A stretch of DNA of 64,000 bases from positions 32,001 through 96,000 of the forward strand of contig CAWJSJ010000004.1 of NCBI GenBank assembly GCA_963845565.1, read 5' to 3'. This document shows, piece after piece, positions 42,793 through 53,461 of this stretch (the stretch's first letter is position 1; every line of letters begins with the position of its first letter). The DNA comes from an uncultured Methylomirabilota bacterium. Its GTDB lineage: Bacteria; Methylomirabilota; Methylomirabilia; Methylomirabilales; 2-02-FULL-66-22. Made by a program: the position numbers and the translations under genes. The notes under the pieces are model-generated. The model did no database searches. It had not been told where the DNA came from and saw only the letters and a list, made by a program, of their open reading frames with translations.

Positions 42793-42884
42793 GCCCTCTC
42801 CTTTTCGTGCAGCCCACCGATCTCACCCGGCCCGCCGTTTCCCTCGCTTCGCGCACGACACGCACGAACGCCTTAATTGGTGTC

Positions 42885-44491
42885 CGGTAGTACCGCTGGG
42901 AGGGTCGGGACAACACAACCCGATCCGAGGGAAGGGGCCGTCACTCTCACCACGCTTCCTAACGGCGGGCACGCGAGGAGGATTGCCGTGAGGCTCGAAC
43001 CTCCGGAGGCAGTGCGCGACCCTCCAGCGGAAGCTCTACCGCAAGGCCAAGTCGGAGCCCACCTTCCGGTTCTACCTCCTCTACGACAAGGTGCACCGGG
43101 CGGACGTCCTGCGTCACGCCTGGGCCTTGGTGCGGGCGAACGGGGGCGCCCCGGGGTGGACGGGGTCACGATCGCGGCCGTGGAGGCGGACGGGGTCGAC
43201 CGTTCCTCGCGCGTCTGGCCGAGGAACTCCGGACGCACACCTACCGGCCCGATCCCGTCCGGCGTGTGTCCATCCCCAAGCGGAGTGGGGGCGAGCGGCC
43301 CGCTCGGCATCCCGACGGTGCGGGACCGGGTGGTCCAGAGCCGCGGCCCGCCTGGTGCTTGGAGCCGATCTTCGAGGCGGACTTCCAGCCGTGCTCCTAC
43401 GGCTTCCGCCCGAAGAAAGAGCGCGCACCAGGCCGTGGAGGAGATCCGCGCCCACCTCGCCGCGGGGCTACACGCAGGTGCTCGACGCCGACCTGACGGC
43501 CTACTTCGACTCGATCCCCCATGACCGGCTGCTGGCGGCGGTGGCCCGCGCGTGACGCAGACCGGCACATCGCTGCGGCTGCTGACCGACAGTGGCTGCG
43601 CGCGCCCGGTGGTGGTCGAGCGGGACGGACGGGAAGCGGGAGGTCGCGGGGCGGCACAGCGGACGCGTCGCGGGACTCCGCAGGGTGGGGTGATCTCCCC
43701 GCTGCTCGCGAACCGTCTACCTGCACGCCTTCGACACGGCATGGCGAGCAGGCGGGCTGGAGCGACGCTGGCAGGCCCGGCTCATCCGGTACGCGGATGA
43801 CTTCGTGATCTGCTGTCGGGCGCAGGCGGCGCCAGGTGCAAGCGGTCGTTACTGAGCAACTCCAGGCGCTCGGGTTGACGCTGAATGCAGCGAAGACCGA
43901 GTCCTGGACGCGCGGCAGCAGGCCTTCACCTTCCTCGGGTTCACGGTGCGGGTCGCACGGAGCCGACGGACCGGGCGGACGTTCCCCCTGATCCAGCCCC
44001 TCGGCCGCCGCCCGCCAGCGACTGCGGGATCACGGTGAAGGCGCTCACCGGTCGTGACGCATCTGGCGCTGCCGACGCCGACGGTCATCACGGCGGTCAA
44101 TCGCGTGGTCCGCGGATGGGCCGGGTATTTCCACTTTCAGCACTGCACGCGCGACCTTCAGCGCGCTCCGGTGGTTCGTCAGCGAGCGGGTCCGGATCGT
44201 ACCTGCGGCGCAAGCACCGGCTCCGGACGCGAGCCTACCAGGCCTTCCCGTAGACTGTGCTGTACGGGCGGCTGGGGCTCTACCGGTTGCCGATGCGGGC
44301 GCCGTGGCCTGCTCCGGCGTCTGCCGGGCGGTGAAGGTGATCGGAGAGCCGGATGCGGGCAAACCGCACGTCCGGTTCGATGAGGGGGTGCTGGCGTCCG
44401 GGCACGGTCGGGCTCGTGAGGCACCGCCAGACGAAAGGGGCGGGAACAGATAGGCCCGACCTACCTTCAGATTCCCAGGCTCTACTCTACC
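42885..44491 (+). mobile_element. group II intron, 5'-truncated
   Basis: Domain V GAGCCGGATGCGGGCAAACCGCACGTCCGGTTC (44346-44378), domain VI ending CTCTACTCTAC; only about 100 nt of RNA upstream of the ORF. Confidence 0.88.
42988..44334 (+). pseudogene. ltrA: group II intron reverse transcriptase/maturase, many frameshifts, no En domain
   Basis: RT0 ([15 protein letters not shown]), [45 protein letters not shown] and domain X spread over several frames. Confidence 0.9.
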
Positions 44492-45730
44492 CTATTTCCG
44501 GTCCAGCAGATATTTCCGCACCTGGGCGAGGGCCAGCTTGGTGGTGCGGTTCTCGACGAAGCGCATGGCGTGCGGCCAGCGCGCTTCCTGGCTGTCGGTG
44601 CCACCGGGATGGGCCAGGGCGATCTGCACGACGTGATCCTGGTTCTTGTCCTTCGCCGCCTGCCCCGTGAGCGCCAGGCCGAGATCTGCTCCGGCCAGCA
44701 CCCGCACGCGTTCCGCGAGGGATCGGGCCGCCTGCTCCCCCAGGATCGGTGAGGTTCCGAGGGTTGATGCAGGGATCTCCAGGAGCTTTCCGGCCGCCGT
44801 CGGGGAGGTGAACGTGGCGCCGAGCCTCAGGAACCGATCGCTGCCCGCCAGCCCCTTCAGGGTTTGGATGATGGAGCTGCCATAGCTCGTCTCGGCAACC
44901 GCCAGCGTCAGCCCGGCGTCGTGGAGGAGCCGCGTCAGGACTCCCTCGTAGGTCTCGTCGTCGGTCCCGAAGATGAACGTCTCCAGCCGCTCCCGGATCT
45001 TTCCCTCCAGGGCGGCGTTCATGGCCTGCGCGTCCGGGGCATGCTCGGCCTTGGCCGTGAGCCGGATATGGACCTCGCCGATCTGGGTGTGCGCCAGCAG
45101 GCCGATGGTCGGATTCGAGCCCGCCTCGATCAGGTCCTTGATCTTTTCATCCACGAGGCTCTCTCCGATGCCGAAGAGCTTCAGGACGCGCGAGACGATG
45201 ATTTCCCGGATGCCCATCTTCTGTCGCAGGTACGGGAGGATGGCGTGCTCCATGAAGTGGCGCATCTCGTGCGGTACGCCGGGGACCGACGCGATGGCGC
45301 GCGATCCCTGTTCCACGATGAACCCCGGTGCCGTGCCCACGGGATTCTCGATGGGGATGGCCCCCTCTGGGATGAGGGCCTGCTTGCGGTTGTTTTCCCC
45401 CATGGGCCGTCCCACGCGCTTGAAGAAGTCGGCGATCTGATCGTAGAGTTGCTGATTGAAGACGAGCGGCCGGCCCGTGACCTCGGCGGCCGCCTCGCGC
45501 GTCAGGTCGTCGAGCGTCGGCCCGATGCCGCCGGTGGTCAGCACGAAGTCGGCGCGGTTCAAAGCGTTCTGCAGCGTCGTCTTGATCCGCTCCAGGTTGT
45601 CCCCGACGGTGGACTTGAAGTGTACGTCCACCCCGATGGTGGTGAGCTGCTGCGCCATGTAGGCCGAGTTGGTGTCCACGGTTTGACCGAGCAGCAGCTC
45701 GGTGCCGACAGCGACGATCTCTGCTTTCAC
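44492..45730 (-). CDS. cinA: competence/damage-inducible protein CinA
   Basis: AEIVAVGTELLLG, VGDN, TGGIGPTLDDLT, NPVGTAPG; GTG start 45730; C-domain divergent (AETSYG). Confidence 0.88.
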   Translation of the reverse strand: MKAEIVAVGTELLLGQTVDTNSAYMAQQLTTIGVDVHFKSTVGDNLERIKTTLQNALNRADFVLTTGGIGPTLDDLTREAAAEVTGRPLVFNQQLYDQIADFFKRVGRPMGENNRKQALIPEGAIPIENPVGTAPGFIVEQGSRAIASVPGVPHEMRHFMEHAILPYLRQKMGIREIIVSRVLKLFGIGESLVDEKIKDLIEAGSNPTIGLLAHTQIGEVHIRLTAKAEHAPDAQAMNAALEGKIRERLETFIFGTDDETYEGVLTRLLHDAGLTLAVAETSYGSSIIQTLKGLAGSDRFLRLGATFTSPTAAGKLLEIPASTLGTSPILGEQAARSLAERVRVLAGADLGLALTGQAAKDKNQDHVVQIALAHPGGTDSQEARWPHAMRFVENRTTKLALAQVRKYLLDRK

Positions 45731-45744
45731 CTTGTCCCCCTTGG

Positions 45745-45887
45745 CAGGCTGCTGAAAAAGGTCCATCTGCGGCGTTGGCTCGTTTGGGCACTCGCTGCGG
45801 CGTACAGGAAGTACGCCTCACTCGGCCCCGGGTACCCATCGAAGATGGGTGACGCCGCCTTGCATATGGGCCTTTTTGAGCAGCCTG
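45745..45887 (+). repeat. palindromic MITE/REP-like element, copy 2
   Basis: Same termini as copy 1; carries inserted GGGTACCCATCGAAGATGGGT hairpin. Confidence 0.9.
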
Positions 45888-46022
45888 CCCGAAAGTGAGT
45901 ATTTCGCGTTCCTCTTGTCAGGAAAGGCGCTGACCTAGCCGGAAGATTTTGGAATCGGACCCGGTTGTGGATTTTGTGCCTCTTGTGGCCATTGGTCGGC
46001 CGCGTGTCTTGCTTATCCCGCA

Positions 46023-46941
46023 TCAATGCGGCGGGGGGTGGTGGGCGATCCAGTGCCGGGCGATGTCTGCCCGGCGGCAGATCCAGACCCGGTCGTGTGT
46101 GCTGGACGTAGTCCAGGAAGCGCATGAGCGCGGCGGCGCGCCCCGGCCGGCCCGCCAGGCGGCAATGCAGCCCCACCGAGAGCATCTTCGGCTCCTCGGC
46201 CCCCTCCGCATACAGCACGTCGAAGGCGTCCTTCAGGTAGGCAAAGAACTGATCCCCGCTGTTAAACCCCTGGGCCGTGGCGAAGCGCATGTCGTTGGTG
46301 TCCAGGGTGTAGGGGACGACGAGGTGCGGTTTCCCGACCACGTCCACCCAGTACGGGAGGTCGTCCGCGTAGGAGTCGGCGTCGTACAGGAAACCGCCGT
46401 GCTCCACCACCAAACGCCGCGTGTTGGGACTGTCGCGGCCGGTGTACCAGCCGACCGGCGGGGCTCCCGTGAGCTTTTGGATGGCCTCGACGGCCAGTCG
46501 GATGTGCTCCCGCTCCGTCGCCTCATCCATAGCCTGATAGCTGATCCAGCGCCACCCGTGGGAGGCGATCTCGTAGTCGGCCTCCTGCATGGCGGCCACC
46601 GCCTCGGGGTTGCGCTGCAGCGCCATGGCGACGCCGAAGATCGTGACGGGGATCCGGCGTGCCGTCAAAATCCGGTAAAGCCGCCAGAAGCCGGCTCGGC
46701 TTCCGTACTCATAGAGCGACTCCATGCTGAGGTGTCGCATGGGAAAGGCGGCGGCCCCGATGATCTCGGACAGAAAGGTCTCCGACCCCGCGTCTCCGTG
46801 CAGGACGCAGTTCTCTGACCCCTCCTCGTAGTTGACCACGAGTTGCAGCGCCAGCCGGGCGTCGTGCGGCCAGCGGGGGTGCGGCGGCCGACGGCCATAG
46901 CCGATCAGGTCCCGGGGGTAGGACGGATCGTTGCGGATCAC
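46023..46941 (-). CDS. puuE: allantoinase PuuE (polysaccharide deacetylase-like), frameshift near 46098
   Basis: [55 protein letters not shown]. Confidence 0.88.
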
Positions 46942-47990
46942 GGGGTCCCTCCTTCGGGGCGGTCCAGCCGCCTCTCCTCGACCGCGTGGCAGGCGGTGAG
47001 GGTCGCGTTGGGGGCCGCCATGGGCTCCGGCCGTTCCGAGCGGCAGCGGTCGGTCGCCCACGGGCAGCGAGGGTGGAACGCGCAGCCGGTGGGGGGATCG
47101 AGAGGATTGGGGACCTCGCCGGCGACCGGCGTCCGGCGCTCGCCGGTGACCTCCAGGTCGGGGATCGCCTCCAGCAGCATCCGCGTGTAGGGGTGCTGCG
47201 GTCGGGTGAAGATCTCTTCCGCCGATCCCAGCTCGGCGAGCCGCCCCAGATACATGACGCCCACCCGGTCGGCGATGTGGTGGACGACAGCCAGGTTGTG
47301 GGAGATGAAGAGGTAGGTCAGCCCGAACTCCCGCTGGAGATCCTTCATGAGATTCAGGATTTGCGCCTGTACGGAGACGTCGAGGGCCGAGGTCGGCTCG
47401 TCGCAGACCAGGAACTCCGGGTTGCTCGACAGCGCCCGTGCGATGGAGATTCGTTGGCGCTGCCCGCCCGAGAACTCGTGCGGGTACTTGTCGGCGTCGG
47501 CGGGCGCCAGACCGACCTGGCGAAGGAGGGCCTCCACCCGCGCCCGCAGCGGACCGGCGCCCGCGACCAGCCGGTGGGCGCGGATCGGCTCGGCGATGAT
47601 CTCCTTCACCCGCCAGCGCGGGTTCAGGCTGGCGTAGGGATCCTGGAAGATCATCTGGAACCGCCGCCGGACGGCGGCGATCTCCGCCCGCGCCCGCAGG
47701 CCCGCGAGCTCGATGCCGTCGAACCGGATCACCCCGCGAGTCGGGGTGTAGAGTCCGACCAGCAGGCGGGCTACCGTGGACTTGCCGCAGCCCGATTCTC
47801 CCACCAGGGCCAGCGTCTCCCCGCGGCGGATGTCGAAGCTGATCCCGTCTACAGCCCTGAGCAGCGTGCGGGGCTGTCCTTCCAGCACGCGGGCCAGCCA
47901 GGGCCGGGACACGTCGAAATGGTGGGCGAGATCGCTGGCCTCGATCAATGGGCCCGTCGCCGGCGCCCCGCAGGTCGGCCGGCCGCTCAC
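46938..47990 (-). CDS. peptide ABC transporter ATPase (OppF-like)
   Basis: [28 protein letters not shown]. Confidence 0.93.
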   Translation of the reverse strand: MSGRPTCGAPATGPLIEASDLAHHFDVSRPWLARVLEGQPRTLLRAVDGISFDIRRGETLALVGESGCGKSTVARLLVGLYTPTRGVIRFDGIELAGLRARAEIAAVRRRFQMIFQDPYASLNPRWRVKEIIAEPIRAHRLVAGAGPLRARVEALLRQVGLAPADADKYPHEFSGGQRQRISIARALSSNPEFLVCDEPTSALDVSVQAQILNLMKDLQREFGLTYLFISHNLAVVHHIADRVGVMYLGRLAELGSAEEIFTRPQHPYTRMLLEAIPDLEVTGERRTPVAGEVPNPLDPPTGCAFHPRCPWATDRCRSERPEPMAAPNATLTACHAVEERRLDRPEGGTP

Positions 47991-49027
47991 GATCGTGCCT
48001 CGCCTGGCGACGGCGGCGCGCCGCCGAAGAGCCAGCAGGCGGCGGCGCCGGAATCCGTCGGCCTGAGCTCGGGCCGCAACGTTCGACAGGGTTCAAAAAC
48101 CCGCGGGCAGCGCGGGTGAAAGGCGCAGCCCGGCGGAATCTCGTTCAGGCGGGGCATGGCGCCGTCGATCTGGACCAGGCGCGACACCCGTCGGTGGACG
48201 CTGGGGATCGAGCCCATCAGGCCGATCGTGTACGGATGCCTCGGCTGGCGGATCACGTCGCGAACCGGGCCGATCTCGACCAGACGGCCGGCGTACATCA
48301 CCGCCACCCGGTCGGCCGTCTCGGCGATGACGCCCATGTCGTGGGTAATGAGCATGACGGCGGCACCGTGATCGCGGCACATGCGCTTGAGCAGGGTGAT
48401 GATCTGGGCCTGGATGGAGACATCCAGGGCAGTCGTCGGCTCGTCGGCGATGACCAGCTCGGGATTCGCGCAGAGCGCCAGGGCGATCACCACCCGCTGC
48501 CGCATCCCACCCGAGAACTGATGGGGATAATGATCGATCCGCCGCTCGGCGGCGGGGATGCCCACCTCCTGGAGGAGCTGGACCGCGCGGCGACGCGCCT
48601 CCGTCGGCGTGGCGTCCACGTGCGTCCGGATGGTCTCGACGAGCTGCCGGCTCACGGTGTAGAGGGGATTGAGGGAGGTGAGCGGGTCCTGGAAGACGGC
48701 GCCGATCCGGCGGCCACGGATCCGGCGCAGCGCATCCTCGGGCAGTCCGTCGATCCGCTCGCCGCGCAGCAGGATGCGGCCTCGCGCGATCCGCCCGGGC
48801 GGCTCCAGCAAGCCGATGACCGCGGTGCCGGTGATGGATTTGCCGGCGCCGGATTCGCCCACCACGCCCAGAACCTCGCCCGGATCAATGGACAGGGACA
48901 CACCGTCCACGGCGGTGAGAATCCCACGACGGGTGGGAAACTCCACGGCCAGATCCTCGATCTGGAGGACGGGGGCCGCCTTCGTCCCCGGTGTCTGCAC
49001 GTCCTGCAAATGCTGTCCCGTGTCCAT
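47987..49027 (-). CDS. peptide ABC transporter ATPase (OppD-like)
   Basis: [24 protein letters not shown]. Confidence 0.93.
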   Translation of the reverse strand: MDTGQHLQDVQTPGTKAAPVLQIEDLAVEFPTRRGILTAVDGVSLSIDPGEVLGVVGESGAGKSITGTAVIGLLEPPGRIARGRILLRGERIDGLPEDALRRIRGRRIGAVFQDPLTSLNPLYTVSRQLVETIRTHVDATPTEARRRAVQLLQEVGIPAAERRIDHYPHQFSGGMRQRVVIALALCANPELVIADEPTTALDVSIQAQIITLLKRMCRDHGAAVMLITHDMGVIAETADRVAVMYAGRLVEIGPVRDVIRQPRHPYTIGLMGSIPSVHRRVSRLVQIDGAMPRLNEIPPGCAFHPRCPRVFEPCRTLRPELRPTDSGAAACWLFGGAPPSPGEARS

Positions 49028-49033
49028 CGTCCG

Positions 49034-49975
49034 TTATTGCAGTTTCGGATTCAACGCATCCCGCAGCCAGTCGCCCAACAGGTTGACCGCCAGCACCAGG
49101 GCGACCAGCCACACGCCCGGAAAGATGGTCATCCACCACTCGCCCGAGAAGAGCACCTCGTTGCCGATCCGGATCAAGGTCCCCAAGGACGGCTGGGTGG
49201 CCGGTACGCCGAGCCCCAGGAAGCTCAGCGTGGCCTCGGTCAGAATGGCGAGGCCCAGACCGAGCGTGGCGATCACCAGCACCGGGCCCAGGACGTTGGG
49301 GAGGATGTGCCGGAACAGGATGTGCGCCGTCGGCTGCCCGATCAGGCGGGCCGCCTGGACATACTCCTTGCTCTTCTCCACCAGAGTCGAGCCGCGGACT
49401 GTCCGGGCGTACTGGACCCAGCTGGCCATGCCGATGGCCAGGACCAGAATCGGGATGGCCAGATCCTGGTGAACGTTCTTGGGCAGGGCGTTCCGGGCGA
49501 TCCCGTCGATCAGCAAGGCGATCAGGATGGTGGGAAAACTCAACTGGACGTCGGCCAGCCGCATGATGAGATTCTCGATCCGCCCGCCCAGATAGCCGCT
49601 GACGAGTCCCAGCGCGACGCCCAGGAGCATGGCGAACAGGGTTGCGGCGGCGCTCACTCCCAGCGAGATCCGTGAGCCGTACAGGATCGTCGAGAGGACG
49701 TCCCGGCCTTGGCTGTCGGTGCCGAGCGGATAGCGCAACTGGCCCCCCTCGATCCACGCCGGCGGCAGCCGCGAATCCCCGATGTTCAGCGCGGCCGCGT
49801 CAAAAGGGTTCTGTGGCGCGAGCACGGGGGCCGCCGCGGCCAGCGCCAGGAACAGAAGGGTCACCGCCGCGGCGACGACCGTCACGGGGGATCGGGTGAA
49901 GTGATACCAGAGGTCGCTGTCCCGCCCGCGCGTGACGCGGTCCCGGAGATCTGCGATCAATCCCGCCCTTGCCAT
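49034..49975 (-). CDS. peptide ABC transporter permease (OppC-like)
   Basis: LGTDSQGRD, EYVQAAR, HILPN, LRDALNPKL. Confidence 0.93.
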   Translation of the reverse strand: MARAGLIADLRDRVTRGRDSDLWYHFTRSPVTVVAAAVTLLFLALAAAAPVLAPQNPFDAAALNIGDSRLPPAWIEGGQLRYPLGTDSQGRDVLSTILYGSRISLGVSAAATLFAMLLGVALGLVSGYLGGRIENLIMRLADVQLSFPTILIALLIDGIARNALPKNVHQDLAIPILVLAIGMASWVQYARTVRGSTLVEKSKEYVQAARLIGQPTAHILFRHILPNVLGPVLVIATLGLGLAILTEATLSFLGLGVPATQPSLGTLIRIGNEVLFSGEWWMTIFPGVWLVALVLAVNLLGDWLRDALNPKLQ

Positions 49976-50200
49976 GTCAACCCCACAGCGAAACTACTGT
50001 ACCCCATGACGTCAAGGACGCTGAACGATGATCGGGGGAGTGGGTGACAAGGCGAGTGGGAGACAATGCCGACATAGGGTCGTGGCCTCATTCTTCCCCC
50101 CAATCTCCCAGTCGCTCCGTCTCCCAATCAACTCCTCCCATGGCGGTCATGCGGTTTCTCAGTTTGTGTTTAGCGCGATGCTAAAAAACGCATTCGTACC

Positions 50201-50344
50201 CAGGCTGCTCAAAAGGGCCCAGCTGCAAGGCGGCGCGCCGCAGGCCGGGGGTACCCATCGGGCCGGGTCCAGCCGTACTGGAGGTACGTCGCAGCGAGTG
50301 CCGAGACGCGACAACGCGGCAGATGGGCCTTTTTCAGCAGCCTG
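50201..50344 (-). repeat. palindromic MITE/REP-like element, copy 3
   Basis: Reverse orientation; starts immediately after the TAA of the minus-strand permease. Confidence 0.9.
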
Positions 50345-51325
50345 TTAGCCTCCCGCGACGTGCCCCACGCGCAAGCGCGGATCCACGAAGTAGTACAGCA
50401 GGTCCACGATCAGATTGATGGCGACGAAGAGGGCGGACACCAGAACCAGATACGCCGACAGCACGGGGATGTCGCCGAAGGTGATGGCCTGGATGACCAG
50501 CGAGCCCATCCCGGGCCACTGGAACACGGTCTCGGTGATGATGGCGAAAGCGATGATGGAGCCGAGTTGGAGCCCGGTGATGGTGATGACGGGGATCAAG
50601 GTGTTCTTCAGGGCGTGGCCGAAGTGCACGGCGCGCTTGCTCAACCCGCGGGCTCGAGCGAACTTGATATAGTCGGTGCGCAGGACCTCCAGCATCTCGG
50701 AGCGGACCAACCGCATGATGAGCGTGGTCTGGAACAACGCCAGCGTGATGCTGGGCAGGATCAGGGATTTCAGTCCGCTGGCCGTGAACAGGCCGGTCGT
50801 CCACCAGCCGACGCGGAGGACATCCCCGCGTCCGTAGGAGGGCAGCCAGGTTACCTTGACGGAGAAAACCAGGATCAGCAGGATGCCGGTAAGGAACGAG
50901 GGGATGGACACCCCCACCAGGGAGGCGGCCTGGATGGCCTGGCTGGACCAGGCGTTCCGGTGCAGCCCGGTGTAGACACCGGCAGGGATCCCCAGGCCGA
51001 GCGCCAGCAGGACGGCCATGACGCTCAGTTCCAGGGTAGCCGGCAGTCGTGCGATCAGCACGGAAGAGACGGGCTGGAGGTTTCGGAAGGACATGCCGAA
51101 GTCGCCCTGCACCGCGTGCTGGAGGAAGCGCAGGAACCGGACGGGCATGGGCTCGTCCAAACCCAGCGAAAGGCGCAGCTCGGCCTTCCGGTCCGGCGGG
51201 GCGTTCTCGCCCAGCATGTTGGTGACCGGGTCGCCCACGAAGTTGAACAGCGAGAAGGCCACGAAGGCGACGACCAGCATGACCAAAATGGCGTTGGCCA
51301 CCCGCGTGAGGATGAAGGCGAGCAC
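50345..51325 (-). CDS. peptide ABC transporter permease (OppB-like)
   Basis: VGDPV, DYIKFARARG, HALKN, VDPRLR; GTG start inferred. Confidence 0.92.
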   Translation of the reverse strand: MLAFILTRVANAILVMLVVAFVAFSLFNFVGDPVTNMLGENAPPDRKAELRLSLGLDEPMPVRFLRFLQHAVQGDFGMSFRNLQPVSSVLIARLPATLELSVMAVLLALGLGIPAGVYTGLHRNAWSSQAIQAASLVGVSIPSFLTGILLILVFSVKVTWLPSYGRGDVLRVGWWTTGLFTASGLKSLILPSITLALFQTTLIMRLVRSEMLEVLRTDYIKFARARGLSKRAVHFGHALKNTLIPVITITGLQLGSIIAFAIITETVFQWPGMGSLVIQAITFGDIPVLSAYLVLVSALFVAINLIVDLLYYFVDPRLRVGHVAGG

Positions 51326-51628
51326 GGCACCCCCGCAATTCGCGATCGCGCAGCCGCTGAGCGGCAAGAACCACGCCCCGGCCCTGTTCATCGGCGCGAC
51401 TGTGGCGAGGACCGAAGGCAGCGCATTATCGAGAGGTGGAGGGCGTCTGTCAATAGCGAGGGCGCTTCCGTTGTCGAGGGCATGGCGCCCACAGCACCTG
51501 GTGCCCACAGTGCCTTGACAGAGAAGGGCAGATCGGCGATTCTTGCGCGGATTTGATCACTGTCCGTGCCGGTGGAACCCTGACGGGGCGCGGCGGACTT
51601 CTGTAACTCCATGGGAGGAGGCAACGCG

Positions 51629-53206
51629 ATGCGCACGATGTGGCGATTCGGAATCCTGATGCTCTTGATCATCGGCCTGGCGGCGAGTCCGGCGGCCGCC
51701 AAGACGTTCACGTGGGCGTTCAACGGGGACGCGCTGACGATGGACCCCCACGCGTCCAACAACACCTTCACCAACGCGTTTGCGAACTACATCTACGAGG
51801 GCCTCACGCGGCATAACTACGAGATCAAGATCGAGCCGGCCCTGGCGACCTCGTGGAAGACGATCAGCCCGACCGTCTGGCGCTTCACGCTGCGCAACGG
51901 GGTGAAGTTCCACGACGGGGCCGATTTCGACGCGGACGACGTGGTCGCCACCTGGCAGCGCATGAACACGCCCGGCGCCCTGGTGATGACGGTCGTCAAC
52001 CCGATCAAGGATGTTCGCAAGGTGGATTCCCACACCGTGGACATCGAGACCAAGCAGCCGTTCCCGATCCTGCTCTCCATCCTCACCCACTTCTTCGTCA
52101 TGGATAAGGGCTGGATGGAGAAGAACGACGCCAAAGCGTCCACCGACCTTCAGCAGAAGAAGGAGAACTTCGCGAACCGGAACGCCAACGGCACCGGGCC
52201 CTTCAAGCTGAAGAGTCGCGAGATCGATGTCAAGACGGTGCTGGAAGTGAATCCGAGCTGGTGGGACAAGCCGCAGCACAACCTGACCGAGGTGGTGTTC
52301 ACCCCGATCAAATCGGACGCGACCCGGACCTCTTCTTTGCTTTCGGGGGCGATTGACGCCACCATCTCCATTCCCTTGCAGGACATCCAGCGGGTATCGA
52401 GCGACCCGAAGCTCCAGGTCGTCCAAGGGCCGGAGCTCCGGACGATCTTCTTCGGCTTCGACGTGCACCGGGAGGAATTGCTGTACTCGGACGTCAAAGG
52501 GAAGAACCCGTTCAAGGACATCCGCGTGCGCCGCGCCTTCTACCAGGCGATCGACATCGAGGCTATCAAGCGGTCGGTGATGCGCGGGAATGCGTGGCCG
52601 GCGGGCGTGGTGATGTCGCCGTACCTGACGGGGGCTCCCAAGGATCTGAACACCCGGTTGCCCTTCGATCCGGAGGCGTCCAAGAAGCTCCTGGCCGAGG
52701 CGGGCTATCCCAATGGCTTCTCCGTCGGCCTGAGCTGCCCGAACGAGCGGTACGTGTACGACGAGAATATCTGTCTGGCCGTGGTCTCGATGCTGGCCAA
52801 GGTCGGGGTGAAGATCGAACCGCAGATCGAGCCGACGGCGAAGTGGTCGCAGCGGCTGAACAACCTGGACGTCTCCATGTACATGATCGGCCACGCGGGA
52901 TTGCCCACGGCGGATGCCTACAGCACCCTGTCCGAGGTCATCGCCACGCGCGGCGGCGGCATGGGCGGCCTGAACGCGGGCCGTTACTCGAATCCGAAGT
53001 TCGATGATCTGCTGAAGCGAATCGAGCGCGAGGTGGATTCGACCAAGCGGGAAGCCATGATCCGCGATGCGCTGCAGATCGCCAAGGATGACATCGCGTT
53101 CATCCCGCTGCATCAGCAGCCCATCGTGTGGGCCTCCAAGAGGGGCATCGACATGAAGCAGGCGCCGGACAATCGGCTGCGGCTGTGGTACGTCACCATG
53201 CCTTAA
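51629..53206 (+). CDS. ABC transporter substrate-binding protein family 5
   Basis: Signal peptide; TMDPH; WRFTLRNGVKFHDG; NGTGPF. Confidence 0.93.
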   Translation: MRTMWRFGILMLLIIGLAASPAAAKTFTWAFNGDALTMDPHASNNTFTNAFANYIYEGLTRHNYEIKIEPALATSWKTISPTVWRFTLRNGVKFHDGADFDADDVVATWQRMNTPGALVMTVVNPIKDVRKVDSHTVDIETKQPFPILLSILTHFFVMDKGWMEKNDAKASTDLQQKKENFANRNANGTGPFKLKSREIDVKTVLEVNPSWWDKPQHNLTEVVFTPIKSDATRTSSLLSGAIDATISIPLQDIQRVSSDPKLQVVQGPELRTIFFGFDVHREELLYSDVKGKNPFKDIRVRRAFYQAIDIEAIKRSVMRGNAWPAGVVMSPYLTGAPKDLNTRLPFDPEASKKLLAEAGYPNGFSVGLSCPNERYVYDENICLAVVSMLAKVGVKIEPQIEPTAKWSQRLNNLDVSMYMIGHAGLPTADAYSTLSEVIATRGGGMGGLNAGRYSNPKFDDLLKRIEREVDSTKREAMIRDALQIAKDDIAFIPLHQQPIVWASKRGIDMKQAPDNRLRLWYVTMP

Positions 53207-53331
53207 CGGCTGCTGAAAACGGCCCACCTGCAGCGTTGGAGCGCCTCGCCACTCGCTGCGACGTACTTCCAGTACGCCTCGCTCGGGCCGTCGGCACTCC
53301 GCCTTGCATCTGGGCCATTTTGAGCAGCCTG
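53207..53331 (+). repeat. palindromic MITE/REP-like element, copy 4
   Basis: CGGCTGCTGAAAACGGCCCA...TGGGCCATTTTGAGCAGCCTG; starts immediately after TAA. Confidence 0.9.
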
Positions 53332-53461
53332 GATGAGAGTGAGTCATGGGGCATACTTGAAAGACCTGAGAATCTGTAGGATGCGAAGCGAGCGGGCCGG
53401 GTCCGTGGAGGGCCCGGCCCGCGCGCCGTTTGACCTCTGACACGTTGCCAAGGAGTGTGCC

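Noticed and set aside
42988..44334. RT as a retron, DGR or defence RT
   Set aside because: Domain V/VI RNA, RT0 and the maturase domain identify a group II intron; no TR/VR pair or msr-msd seen.
39790..46140. 95-bp direct repeats as att sites of a 6-kb island
   Set aside because: No integrase, ordinary cargo, and both copies have paralogous puuE tails; rearrangement or artefact is more likely.
45727..48096. 789-aa ORF as a PuuE fusion protein
   Set aside because: The N-part is an alternate frame of the ATPase gene; the C-extension results from the frameshift near 46098.
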